64,000 nucleotides of DNA from Dendrobates tinctorius (taxonomy: Eukaryota), in contig NW_027361868.1 in NCBI RefSeq assembly GCF_039654945.1, positions 6,696,001-6,760,000 on the forward strand. The letters are read 5' to 3'. The position numbers were made by a program, and so were the translations under genes. Of the stretch, positions 49,984-62,251 are shown in pieces. Numbering within the stretch: position 1 is the stretch's first letter; each line of letters opens with the position of its first letter. Below the pieces are notes generated by a model. It saw only the letters and a program-made list of their open reading frames with translations, did not search any database and was not told where the DNA came from.

Positions 49984-50937
49984 AAACAAGGAGGACAAAA
50001 GCAGTACATTTTTGGGAGATCTCAATGAGGGTGGGGTCCATTCTGTGAGACCCTTTTCTTTTTGTGCATGAAGCCTTTAGAGATGTAGTAAATTAGTTTC
50101 CTGGATTTGTCATTGGCATACATTGAATTAATAAATTTGCAAAGTTGCTGAGACGCATGTGATATTCTGAGCCTTCTTGGAAACAATTGGTTAAAAGTTC
50201 CTGCATTTTATACCTGAGCTCATTCTGCAGATGATTCAGGTGAAATTTGTCACATTTACTCATCTTCATAAGGTTTCCTTTGCCAAGTCAAAAAAAGGAC
50301 TGAAAGCCTAGTGTGAAGCATATGTACCGTATAGCAACCTGTCTGTCTTTTACACCTACAGCTGCCATGGATTAGAACTACATCTGTATCCCTCTGAATG
50401 GAACGATCACACATCCGCTCCACAGGCAGTGATGGGGGCTCCAGGTATCTGACATTATGCCGCTGTCAGACTCTCTACAAGGAATTCTTGTCAGAGAAAA
50501 AGTTGCTGAAAAAATTATTTGACCTTGGATTAAAGGGCGTCTCCCAAAATGCAAATTCAGCAACATAATCATTTATATAGGGGACTAAGTCTGTAACATT
50601 CCTTACTAATACCAGTATTCAGAGATGAGCCGATCAATTCATGGAGGATCAAGTTCAAGTTTTACGCAAATTCTAACACTTTGAGATTTGACTCACGGTT
50701 TACAAAAAAAAAAAAAAGAAAAACGTACCCGGCACCATTTCCCACACTGCTGAAGCATCAGAGAGCGGCTAATATAATTTTCCATTGCCGTGCAGGAGTC
50801 CCCATGATGTCCTGCAGCTATGACATCTAGCGGATGATCATATCTTGAACAGTTGTGGTCAGTATCCGGGTTATCACAGAGCACATGGGAGCAGAGCAAT
50901 TTTCCATTTCCAGAGTCACTGAATAAGTCTTTCTGGT

Positions 50938-53900
50938 CTGTAGACTGTAAGCTCTTAAGGTCAGCAGGGTCCTCTCTCTCTCCTGTAGAGTGTAAGCTCT
51001 TATGGTCAGTGAGGTCCTCTTTATTCTGTAGAGTGTAAGCTCCTATGGTCAGCAAGGTCCTCTCTCTCTCCTGTAGAGTGTAAGCGCTTATGATCAGCAG
51101 AGTCCTCTCTCTCCTGTAGAGTGTAAGCTCTTATGATCAGCGGGGTCCTCTCTCTCCTGTAGAGTGTAAGCTCTTATGGTCAGTGAGGTCCTCTTTATTC
51201 TGTAGAGTGTAAGCTCCTATGGTCAGCAGGGTCCTCTCTCTCTCCTGTAGAATGTAAGCTCTTATGATCAGCGGGGTCCTCTCTCTCTCCTGTAGAGTGT
51301 AAGCTCTTATGATCAGTGGGGTCCTCTCCTGTAGAGTGTAAGCTCTTATGGTCATTGGGGTCCTCTCCTGTAGAGTGTAAGCTCTTATGGTCAGTGGAGT
51401 CCTCTCTCTCCTGTAGAGTGTAAGTTCTTATTATCAACGGGGTCCTCTCTCTCTCCTGTAGAGTGTAAGCTCTTATGATCAGTGAGGTCCTCTCTCTCCT
51501 GTAGAGTGTAAGATCTTATGGTCAGTGGGGTCCTCTCTCCTGTAGAGTGTAAGCTCTTATGATCAGCGGGGTCCTCTCTCTCTCCTGTAGAGTGTAAGCT
51601 CGTATGGTCAGTGGGGTCCTCTCTCTCCTGTAGAGTGTAAGCTCTTACGATCAGCAGGGTTCTCTCTCTCTCCTGTAGAGTGTAAGCTCTTATGGTCAGC
51701 AGGGTCCTCTCTCTCTTCTGTAGAGTGAAAGCTCTTATGGTCAGTGGGGTCCTCTCTCTTCTGTAGACTGTAAGCTCTTATGGTCAGTGGGGCTCTCTCT
51801 ATCCTGTAGACTGTAAGCTCTTACGGTCAGCGGGGTCCTCTCTCTCCTGTAGAGTGTAAGCGCTTATGATCAGCGGAGTCCTCTCTCTCCTGTAGAGTGT
51901 AAGCTCTTATGATCAGCGGGGTCCTCTCTCTCCTGTAGAGTGTAAGCTCTTATGGTCAGTGAGGTCCTCTTTATTCTGTAGAGTGTAAGCTCCTATGGTC
52001 AGCAAGGTCCTCTCTCTCTCCTGTAGAGTGTAAGCTCTTATGGTCAGTGGGGTCCTCTCTCTTCTGTAGAGTGTAAGCTCTTATGGTCAGTGAGGTCCTC
52101 TTTATTCTGTAGAGTGTAAGCTCCTATGGTCAGCAAGGTCCTCTCTCTCTCCTGTAGAGTGTAAGCGCTTATGATCAGCAGAGTCCTCTCTCTCCTGTAG
52201 AGTGTTAGCTCTTATGATCAGCGGGGTCCTCTCTCTCCTGTAGAGTGTAAGCTCTTATGGTCAGTGAGGTCCTCTTTATTCTGTAGAGTGTAAGCTCCTA
52301 TGGTCAGCAGGGTCCTCTCTCTCTCCTGTAGAATGTAAGCTCTTATGATCAGCGGGGTCCTCTCTCTCTCCTGTAGAGTGTAAGCTCTTATGATCAGTGG
52401 GGTCCTCTCCTGTAGAGTGTAAGCTCTTATGGTCATTGGGGTCCTCTCCTGTAGAGTGTAAGCTCTTATGGTCAGTGGAGTCCTCTCTCTCCTGTAGAGT
52501 GTAAGTTCTTATTATCAACGGGGTCCTCTCTCTCTCCTGTAGAGTGTAAGCTCTTATGATCAGTGAGGTCCTCTCTCTCCTGTAGAGTGTAAGATCTTAT
52601 GGTCAGTGGGGTCCTCTCTCTCCTGTAGAGTGTAAGCTCTTATGATCAGCGGGGTCCTCTCTCTCTCCTGTAGAGTGTAAGCTCGTATGGTCAGTGGGGT
52701 CCTCTCTCTCCTGTAGAGTGTAAGCTCTTACGATCAGCAGGGTTCTCTCTCTCTCCTGTAGAGTGTAAGCTCTTATGGTCAGCAGGGTCCTCTCTCTCTT
52801 CTGTAGAGTGAAAGCTCTTATGGTCAGTGGGGTCCTCTCTCTCCTGTAGACTGTAAGCTCTTATGGTCAGTGGGGCTCTCTCTATCCTGTAGACTGTAAG
52901 CTCTTACGGTCAGCGGGGTCCTCTCTCTCCTGTAGAGTGTAAGCGCTTATGATCAGCGGAGTCCTCTCTCTCCTGTAGAGTGTAAGCTCTTATGATCAGC
53001 GGGGTCCTGTCTCTCCTGTAGAGTGTAAGCTCTTATGGTCAGCAGGGTCCTCTCTCTCTTCTGTAGAGTGTAAGCTCTTATGGTCAGTGGGGTCCTCTCT
53101 CTCCTGTAGACTGTAAGCTCTTATGGTTAGTGGGGCTCTCTCTATCCTGTAGACCGTAAGCTCTTACGGTCAGCGGGGTCCTCTCTCTCCTGTAGAGTGT
53201 AAGCGCTTATGATCAGCGGAGTCCTCTCTCTCCTGTAGAGTGTAAGCTCTTATGATCAGCGGGGTCCTCTCTCTCCTGTAGAGTGTAAGCTCTTATGGTC
53301 AGTGAGATCCTCTCTCTCCTGTAGAGTGTAAGCTCTTAAGGTCAGTGAGGTCCTCTTTATTCTGTAGAGTGTAAGCTCTTATGGTCAGTGAGATCCTCTC
53401 TCTCCTGTAGAGTGTAAGCTCTTATGGTCAGTGAGGTCCTCTTTATTCTGTAGAGTGTAAGCTCTTATGGTCAGTGAGGTCCTCTTTATTCTGTAGAGTG
53501 TAAGCTCTTCTGATCAGCGGAGTCCTCTCTCTCCTGTAGAGTGTAAGCTCTTACGATCAGCGGAGTCCTCTCTCTCCTGTAGAGTGTAAGATCTTATGGT
53601 CAGTGGGGTCCTCTCTCCTGTAGAGTGTAAGCTCTTATGATCAGCGGGGTCCTCTCTCTCTCCTGTAGAGTGTAAGCTCGTATGGTCAGTGGGGTCCTCT
53701 CTCTCCTGTAGAGTGTAAGCTCTTACGATCAGCAGGGTTCTCTCTCTCTCCTGTAGAGTGTAAGCTCTTATGGTCAGCAGGGTCCTCTCTCTCTTCTGTA
53801 GAGTGAAAGCTCTTATGGTCAGTGGGGTCCTCTCTCTTCTGTAGACTGTAAGCTCTTATGGTCAGTGGGGCTCTCTCTATCCTGTAGACTGTAAGCTCTT

Positions 53901-56900
53901 ACGGTCAGCGGGGTCCTCTCTCTCCTGTAGAGTGTAAGCGCTTATGATCAGCGGAGTCCTCTCTCTCCTGTAGAGTGTAAGCTCTTATGATCAGCGGGGT
54001 CCTGTCTCTCCTGTAGAGTGTAAGCTCTTATGGTCAGCAGGGTCCTCTCTCTCTTCTGTAGAGTGTAAGCTCTTATGGTCAGTGGGGTCCTCTCTCTCCT
54101 GTAGACTGTAAGCTCTTATGGTTAGTGGGGCTCTCTCTATCCTGTAGACCGTAAGCTCTTACGGTCAGCGGGGTCCTCTCTCTCCTGTAGAGTGTAAGCG
54201 CTTATGATCAGCGGAGTCCTCTCTCTCCTGTAGAGTGTAAGCTCTTATGATCAGCGGGGTCCTCTCTCTCCTGTAGAGTGTAAGCTCTTATGGTCAGTGA
54301 GATCCTCTCTCTCCTGTAGAGTGTAAGCTCTTAAGGTCAGTGAGGTCCTCTTTATTCTGTAGAGTGTAAGCTCTTATGGTCAGTGAGATCCTCTCTCTCC
54401 TGTAGAGTGTAAGCTCTTATGGTCAGTGAGGTCCTCTTTATTCTGTAGAGTGTAAGCTCTTATGGTCAGTGAGGTCCTCTTTATTCTGTAGAGTGTAAGC
54501 TCTTCTGATCAGCGGAGTCCTCTCTCTCCTGTAGAGTGTAAGCTCTTACGATCAGCGGAGTCCTCTCTCTCCTGTAGAGTGTAAGCTCTTATAGTCAGTG
54601 AGGTCCTCTTTATTCTGTAGAGTGTAAGCTCTTATGGTCAGCGGAGTCCTCTCTCTCCTGTAGAGTGTAAGCTCTTACGATCAGCAGGGTCCTCTCTCTC
54701 TTCTGTAGAGTGTAAGCTCTTATGGTCAGTGGGGTCCTCTTTATTCTGTAGAGTGTAAGCTCTTATGGTCAGCGGAGTCCTCTCTCTCCTGTAGAGTGTA
54801 AGCTCTTATGGTCAGCGGAGTCCTCTCTCTCCTGTAGAGTGTAAGCGCTTATGATCAGCGGAGTCCTCTCTCTCCTGTAGAGTGTAAGCTCTTATGATCA
54901 GCGGGGTCCTCTCTCTCCTGTAGAGTGTAAGCTCTTATGGTCAGTGAGATCCTCTCTCTCCTGTAGAGTGTAAGCTCTTAAGGTCAGTGAGGTCCTCTTT
55001 ATTCTGTAGAGTGTAAGCTCTTATGGTCAGTGAGATCCTCTCTCTCCTGTAGAGTGTAAGCTCTTATGGTCAGTGAGGTCCTCTTTATTCTGTAGAGTGT
55101 AAGCTCTTATGGTCAGTGAGGTCCTCTTTATTCTGTAGAGTGTAAGCTCTTCTGATCAGCGGAGTCCTCTCTCTCCTGTAGAGTGTAAGCTCTTACGATC
55201 AGCGGAGTCCTCTCTCTCCTGTAGAGTGTAAGCTCTTATAGTCAGTGAGGTCCTCTTTATTCTGTAGAGTGTAAGCTCTTATGGTCAGCGGAGTCCTCTC
55301 TCTCCTGTAGAGTGTAAGCTCTTACGATCAGCAGGGTCCTCTCTCTCTTCTGTAGAGTGTAAGCTCTTATGGTCAGTGGGGTCCTCTTTATTCTGTAGAG
55401 TGTAAGCTCTTATGGTCAGCGGAGTCCTCTCTCTCCTGTAGAGTGTAAGCTCTTATGGTCAGCGGAGTCCTCTCTCTCCTGTAGAGTGTAAGCTCTTACG
55501 ATCAGCAGGGTCCTCTCTCTCTCCTGTAGAGTGTAAGCTCTTATGATCAGTGGGGTCCTCTCTCTCTTCTGTAGAGTGTAAGCTCTTATGGTCAGCAGGG
55601 TCCTCTTTCCTGTAGAGTGCTAGCTCTTATGGTCAGCAGGGTCCTCTCCTGTAGAGTGTAAGCTCTTATGGTCAGTGGAGTCCTCTCTCTCCTGTAGAGT
55701 GTAAGCTCTTATGATCAGTGAGGTCCTCTCTCTCTCCTGTAGAGTGTAAGCTCTTATGGTCAGTGAGGTCCTCTCTCTCCTGTAGAGTGTAAGCTCTTAC
55801 GATCAGCAGGGTCCTCTCTCTCTCCTGTAGAGTGTAAGCTCTTATGATCAGTGGGGTCCTCTCTCTCTTCTGTAGAGTGTAAGCTCTTATGGTCAGCAGG
55901 GTCCTCTTTCCTGTAGAGTGCTAGCTCTTATGGTCAGCAGGGTCCTCTCTCTCTCCTGTAGATTGTAAGCTCTTATGGTCAGTGGGGTCCTCTCTCTCCT
56001 GTAGAGTGTAAGCTCTTATGGTCAGTGGGGTTCTCTCTATCCTGTAGAGTGTAAGCTCTTATGATCAGCGGGGGTCCTCTCTCTCCTGTAGAGTGTAAGC
56101 TCTTATGGTCAGTGTGGTCCTCTCTCCTGTAGAGTGTAAGCTCTTATGATCAGTGGGGGTCCTCTTTCTCCTGTAGAGTGTAAGCTCTTATGATCAGTGG
56201 GGTCCTCTCTGTCCTGTAGAGTGTAAGCTCTTATGATCAGTGGGGTCCTCTCTCTCTCCTGTGGAGTGTAAGCTCTTATAATCAGCGGGGTCCTCTCTCT
56301 TTCCTGTAGAGTGTAAGCTCTTTTGGTCAGTGAGGTCCTCTCTCTCTCCTGTGGAGTGTAAGCTCTTATGATCAGTGGGGTCCTCTCTATCCTGTAGAGT
56401 GTAAGCTCTTATGATCAGCGGGGGTCCTCTCTCTCCTCTCTCTCCTGTAGAGTGTAAGCTCTTATGATTAGTGGGGTCCTCTCTCTCCTGTAGAGTGTAA
56501 GCTCTTATGATCAGTGGGGTCCTCTCTGTCCTGTAGAGTGTAAGCTCTTATGATCAGTGGGATCCTCTCTCTCTCCTGTAGAGTGTAAGCTCTTATGATC
56601 AGTGGGGTCCTCTCTGCCTCCTGTAGAGTGTAAGCTCTCATGGTCAGTGTGGTCCTCTCTCTCCTGTAGAGTGTAAGCTCTTTTGATCAGCGGGGGTTCT
56701 CTCTCTCCTGTAGAGTGTAAGCTCTTATGATCAGTAGGGTCCTCTCTCTGCTGTAGAGTGTAAGCTCTTATGGTCAGTGGGGTCCTCTCTCTCTCCTGTA
56801 GAGTGTAAGCTCTTATGATCAGTAGGGTCCTCTCTCTGCTGTAGAGTGTAAGCTCTTATGGTCAGTGGGGTCCTCTCTCTCTCCTGTAGAGTATAAGCTC

Positions 56901-57603
56901 TTATGATCAGTGGGGTCCTCTCACTCTGCCTCCTGTAGAGTGTAAGGTCTTATGGTAAGCAGGGTCCTCTCTCTCTCTCTCCTGTAGAGTGTAAGCTCTA
57001 ATGACAAGCAGGGTCCTCTCTCTCCTGTAGAGTGTAAGCTCTTATGGTCAGTGGGGTCCTCTCTCTCTCCTGTAGAGTGTAAGCTCTTATGGTCAGTGGG
57101 GTCCTCTCTCTCTCCTGTAGAGTGTAAGCTCTTATGGTCAATGGGATCCTCTCTCTCCTGTAGAATGTAAGCTCTTATGGTCAGTGGGTTCCTCTCTCTC
57201 TTGTAGAGTGTAAGCTCTTATGGTCAATGGGATCCTCTCTCTCCTGTAGAATGTAAGCTCTTATGGTCAGTGGGGTCCCTCTCTCTCCTCTAGAGTGTAA
57301 GCTCTTATGATCAGTGGGGTCCTCTCTCTCACTTGTAGAGTGTAATCTCTTACGGTCAGCGGGCTCCTCTCTCTTCTGTAGAGTGTAAGCTCTTATGGTT
57401 AGCAGGGTCCTCTGTCTCCTGTATAGTGTAAGCTCTTATGGTCAGTGAGGTTCTCTCTCCTGTAGAGTGTAAGCTCTTATGGTCAGTGGGATCCTCTCTC
57501 TCTCCTGTAGAGTGTTAGCTCTTATGGTCAGCGGGGTCCTCTCTCCCTTTCTCTCCTGTAGAGTGTTAGCTCTTATGGTCAGTTGGGTTTGCTCTCTCCT
57601 CTC
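50938..57603. repeat. 6.7-kb satellite, ~39-45-bp unit CCTGTAGAGTGTAAGCTCTTATGGTCAGCGGGGTC(CT)n, with higher-order repeats
   Basis: Directly visible array; identical ORF translations 1081 bp apart. Confidence 0.97.
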
Positions 57604-57841
57604 CTTCACATGTATTTTGCACGGCCGAGTGCGATCTGAATGTGAAATCAAGTTGCGAAAAATCAGAGATAGAATATGACATTGTTTATTCAACGTTTTG
57701 TCAGAACGCACTTGGACCGAAAATATTCTCGTCTGCACCTGCCCTAACACACGTCTTCAATGTATAATTTTCTATTTCAATTTATTACCATTTAATATGG
57801 GATTTTTATAATTTTTATATAATAACTTGATTATTTCCATA

Positions 57842-57973
57842 NNNNNNNNNNNNNNNNNNNNNNNNNNNNNNNNNNNNNNNNNNNNNNNNNNNNNNNNNNN
57901 NNNNNNNNNNNNNNNNNNNNNNNNNNNNNNNNNNNNNNNNNNNNNNNNNNNNNNNNNNNNNNNNNNNNNNNNN
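57842..57973. other. Assembly gap (N run)
   Basis: 132 N characters. Confidence 1.
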
Positions 57974-60212
57974 ACCCTGACTTGGAAATGATGTGCCAAA
58001 TCCCAGACATTTGGTTCTGAAAACTTACTGGGGGAATAAAAGGCCTCGTATTAGGGTAAGTGCAGCGTAAGTCTGATAATGGAAACACATCTGCTGCGCA
58101 CGGCGTCGAACGCGGGGCTTCCCAGTATTAATTATATTGATGCACGGCGCTGCAAAGTGAGTTGAACATTATTTATAGTGATCTTTGCTAAGTAAATCAT
58201 TTTAAAAATGGCTTTCTAAAATGTAACGTTTTCCCCTCTTAAGAAGCCCTACAGAATTAAAGAGGCTTTACAATGGAACATGAAACATATTGTGATAGGA
58301 GCCAGAAGCTGCCATGATTAATGCGGCCGATTATCAGTGATGCAAATCACTTTCACTTATTAAGTCGTATTTAATATCCTAATGAAGGCTTCCCGAGCAG
58401 ATTTGGTAATTTCAGAGAAAGTGACTGTGAACCGGTGCCCTTTCAGCATGTTCAGAGCGAGCCTCCATAGAAAGAAAACCTCATTTAGCCCAATAACAAT
58501 TCACATCAAATGTGTCGGCGCCCGTCTTAGTTTCTGCCGCGCAGCGGGTTATCAATTAACCTTTTCAGGTCCAGAAGTGATCTTCCATAAATTCCAGCTG
58601 TGAAGGCCAATGGACCATGCATAAATGAAGATTACCTCCCAGCTTATTCTTCTAAACAAGCATTAGACACATGTTAAATCTGTAATGAACACCATAGATT
58701 ACGCCGCGCAGAGTGCACCCGCGCCTTAGTCGTCTTTAATAAGGAGATGGAGAAAGCCCTGAATTCGTCTTAGGAAATTACTTTTTTTTTTGCATTAAAA
58801 ACAGTTCGATAAACTGTATATCCAATACAGAGACTGAAAGAGCACTCACAAAATAATTTGTCATTTTTACGAGAGGGAGCTGGCAGTACCATCCATGGCC
58901 ACTACTCAATGTACGGCGCTGTGCAACTTCCTGTGCGTCACAGTCACATCAATCATCTGATCGGTGAAGGTGTCGGGATTTAGACCCCAGCTGATCTGCT
59001 ACTGATGACTTATGATAAGTGTAGGTCATTAATAACAAAGGTTTATTCCCCCCCAAAAAGCAAGTTATCTCGTATACATAGGATAGGTGATAACTTGCCG
59101 ATCACTGGGGGTCTGGATGCTGAGACCCCCTGAGATCCAAAAACAGGGCTCAGCATGGCCTCCGCTCCATTCATTACGTGGCTGCAAAATCCTGTTCTTA
59201 GGGCGCGAGAGCCTTCATCTTTGAGGTAAGACTCGTAGGGATTATCCCCTTTTTTAAGTACCCCATTAAATTATAAGAAAACTCACTTCATTTTAAGAAC
59301 ACTCGAGATGAAACTTTTTTTCTATGTCAACTCTATTTCCAATAACTTGCCATTAGAATGAATCCATTAACCCCATAAACAATGCCCGAATAGTTCCTTT
59401 TACAAATAAAGTGTCTAACTAAGAGTGTCAGACACTAAATAGTGCCCCCCATTGGACAACTGCAACAGAGTGCGCCGAATTAACATTAGTGTCAGTAGAA
59501 AGCAACATATAGGGCCAAGATTGCTTTCTCACTAAATCACAACAGCACAGTGTCCCCTGACCAAAGGCACAAAAGAACTCAATGCTAAAATTCTCACTGC
59601 TCGCAGTCACCACTAGGGGGAGCTCCCTGCATATATCTTTATACAGAATCCATTGAAGTCAGTAATTGTATCCTATTAGTCGTAATACACATTATTGCAG
59701 TAGGGGCTTCTGTCTTTTAAGGGTCTTTAATCACTTTACTAAAGTCAACCATTCTTGTAAGTTTATTGTAAGGATGTACTCACCAAAGTATCCTAGCAGG
59801 ACCAGACCCCTTTCATATTGATACCAACTGTATGACGTTTAGCCCACTGTGCCGCTGCCCACCGGACTACAGATGCTATTTTTTTTTTTTCATGTTTAAA
59901 AACTTTTATTTGGGGTTTATATTGTGTTTCTGTAAAAAATTGTGCACCACTACAGCCTCTGCGTTGTACTTTCACTTGCTGGCTACACAATGAGTTATCT
60001 GAGAATCCATCAGTGAGCTGACTCTGACAATCTGATGGAGAGTTTGTAACTCTCTTGTCAGTCTTTTTCTGAGCTACTCTCTGCTGATTTATGACCGCAG
60101 AACACATCAAAGTTACATGCGCGAGGGGGAAAAAAGCCTGGAAAAACCGAACGATGCAACATTTTTAATGAAATCCAATTTAAAAAGTGATTTTTTTTTT
60201 AAGTCCTAGACG

Positions 60213-60428
60213 ATAATAATAATAATATTTATTTTTATGTAACGCTAACATATTCCGCAGCGCTTTACAGTTTTGCACACATAATCATCACTGTCCCCAA
60301 TGGGGCTCACAATCTAAATTCCCTACCAGTATGTCTTTGGAATGTGGGAGGAAACCGGAGAACTCAGAGGAAACCCACGCAAACACGGGGAGAACATACA
60401 AACTCCTTGCAGATGTTTTCCTTGGTGC
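60213..60428 (-). mobile_element. 5'-truncated SINE (V-SINE-like core) with an L2-type 3' tail
   Basis: GGAGGAAACCGGAG...GAAACCCACGC..ACGGGGAGAACATACAAACTCC core; minus-strand tail TAGATTGTGAGCCCC...TGTAAAGCGCTGCGGAATATG...(TTA)n. Confidence 0.75.
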
Positions 60429-61329
60429 GTTTAAGTAAAAAAAGAAGTTCCAAAGGTGCCAATTTAGACAAGAACCTAAGGCCATCAGCCCTTCGTTCTC
60501 CTGGGCACCTTTGATTTTACCTCTGCAACATTTCAAAAGAATATTAAACTTTTAAACCATTTTTAAAAACAGTGGCAAATATTACAAAAAACAAAAAAAA
60601 AACAGTGTACACCTTTTCATTCCTCCACAGATGTTGGGCCATCTAGAAAATTTCTAGGGTTCCATAAGGGAGGTTTGAATTGGGACCCCCACCGCGCACC
60701 CCCAGACAGCCTATTGAGTTTGCACAATCCCGTTGGAGGAACCTAATAGGGTTGACAGTGAGCCACTTCATCTAACCACTTAGATGCCAAGGTCGCTGTT
60801 CACCTTGACATCTAAGAAAAGTAAAGACTGACGCACAAGCAAAGCAAGGGCCCCATACACAATAGATAGCCATCGTCTGAACAATGGTTCCGCAAGGAGG
60901 TATCATACCAGTCTCCTCCATGCACAGGAGCGCTCCTATGTTCTCTATGAGAGACCTGCTCGGAGATGGTGGATCATTATCTCCTCCAACCGGTCAAGTC
61001 GGGAGACCTCCATACACATTAGACTGTTGGAGGAGCCCTACATGTTCAGCTGATGTTAATCTAATGGGGGCCTTACCGTTATAGTAGAGCCAGAAAGGTG
61101 TCTGTGTCTCAGGGTCTGTGACTAGCTGAGTAACAATCCCATAAGAACTTCAATGACCAAAACATTGTGGTTGCCTCCCAGATTTTCTAATTTTTACTGT
61201 TACAGTAAAAGGCCCAGGTTATAGTTTCTCTGAAAAAACCCCCATAACATATCACAAAATAGTGCACTGTGCAGAATATTGTTAGTACTGCCCAGAGAGA
61301 AAGTATTGTAAGATTCCCTTATAGCTTAA

Positions 61330-62251
61330 AAGGGACCTGTCACCAGGTCAAAAGTGTCCAGTTTTTGCTCTTATTTTATTCCTGCTGCTCCCGTGAGTAT
61401 TCCACTTTTTCATTTTTTTAAATTTTGCCATACGGTTCCTATGTGCGCAGCCCCCCGAGGAAGCCCACGCAAAACGCGCGTCGGGGCTGTGAACATAGGC
61501 CACCACAGTGGAGACAATGGGTAAGGGCATTTTCTGGTGTTATCAGTGATAATATCGTTCCCTTAAAGTGACATGCACTATATTTTCTAACTCTTTGTAT
61601 AGGCCGGTTAGGATTAACTATACTGCTCTATATCTTTTCTGCTATATATTTTTTATATTTTTTGTTACTTGTTCTTTAGAAACTTTATATTATTGAGCAT
61701 TAGATCCTGAGCAGTCTAGGTTTTCCACCAGCGTTTTTTACATGGGGACTGTTTTCACTTATTTATTGCACTGGCACTTTCTCTTAGCTTGCTGCCACAT
61801 TTTGCTTCCCATCCACTTAGATTAATTGTGATTTCTGTGTACTACACCTGTGGTATCAACTATTCAACTTGGTACTTTAATTAATTGCTATTATTATTTT
61901 GTTTTACATGTTTTTTGAATAAATTATGGGACTTTTTGTGCTTTTTTTTTTCTTCTCTTGTCTCATATGGTTCCAGAGATATAGGCCTTTTTATTTAGTA
62001 CAAATTTTTATGGTCTTTACTAAGGGGGCGTGGCTCATAATATGGAACATTCTCAAGACACCCCCCCATATAATCCCATTAACCACGCCCCCTTTGTAAT
62101 GACCATAAAAAATGTCACTAAATAAAAAGGTTCATATCTCCGGAACGGTATGGTGGATTTTAAAAAAGAAAAGAGCGTACTACTCAGGGGAGAAGCTAGA
62201 ATGAAAGAAAAGCAAAAACTGGACACTTTTTCATTTTCTGACATATTGCCT
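61330..62251. mobile_element. Kolobok/T2-type MITE (TTAA flanks) carrying a ~520-bp hammerhead-headed insert
   Basis: TTAA at 61326-61329 and 62252-62255; AAAAGTGTCCAGTTTTTGCT / AGCAAAAACTGGACACTTTT arms. Confidence 0.7.
61448..61489 (+). ncRNA. Degenerate minimal type-I hammerhead motif
   Basis: CAGCCCC-CCGAGGA-AGCCCACGC-AAAA-C-GCGC-G-TC-GGGGCTG; perfect 7-bp stem I, palindromic stem III loop, GUC site. Confidence 0.6.

Noticed and set aside
57772-58088. ORFs spanning the N run
   Set aside because: Translation through an assembly gap.
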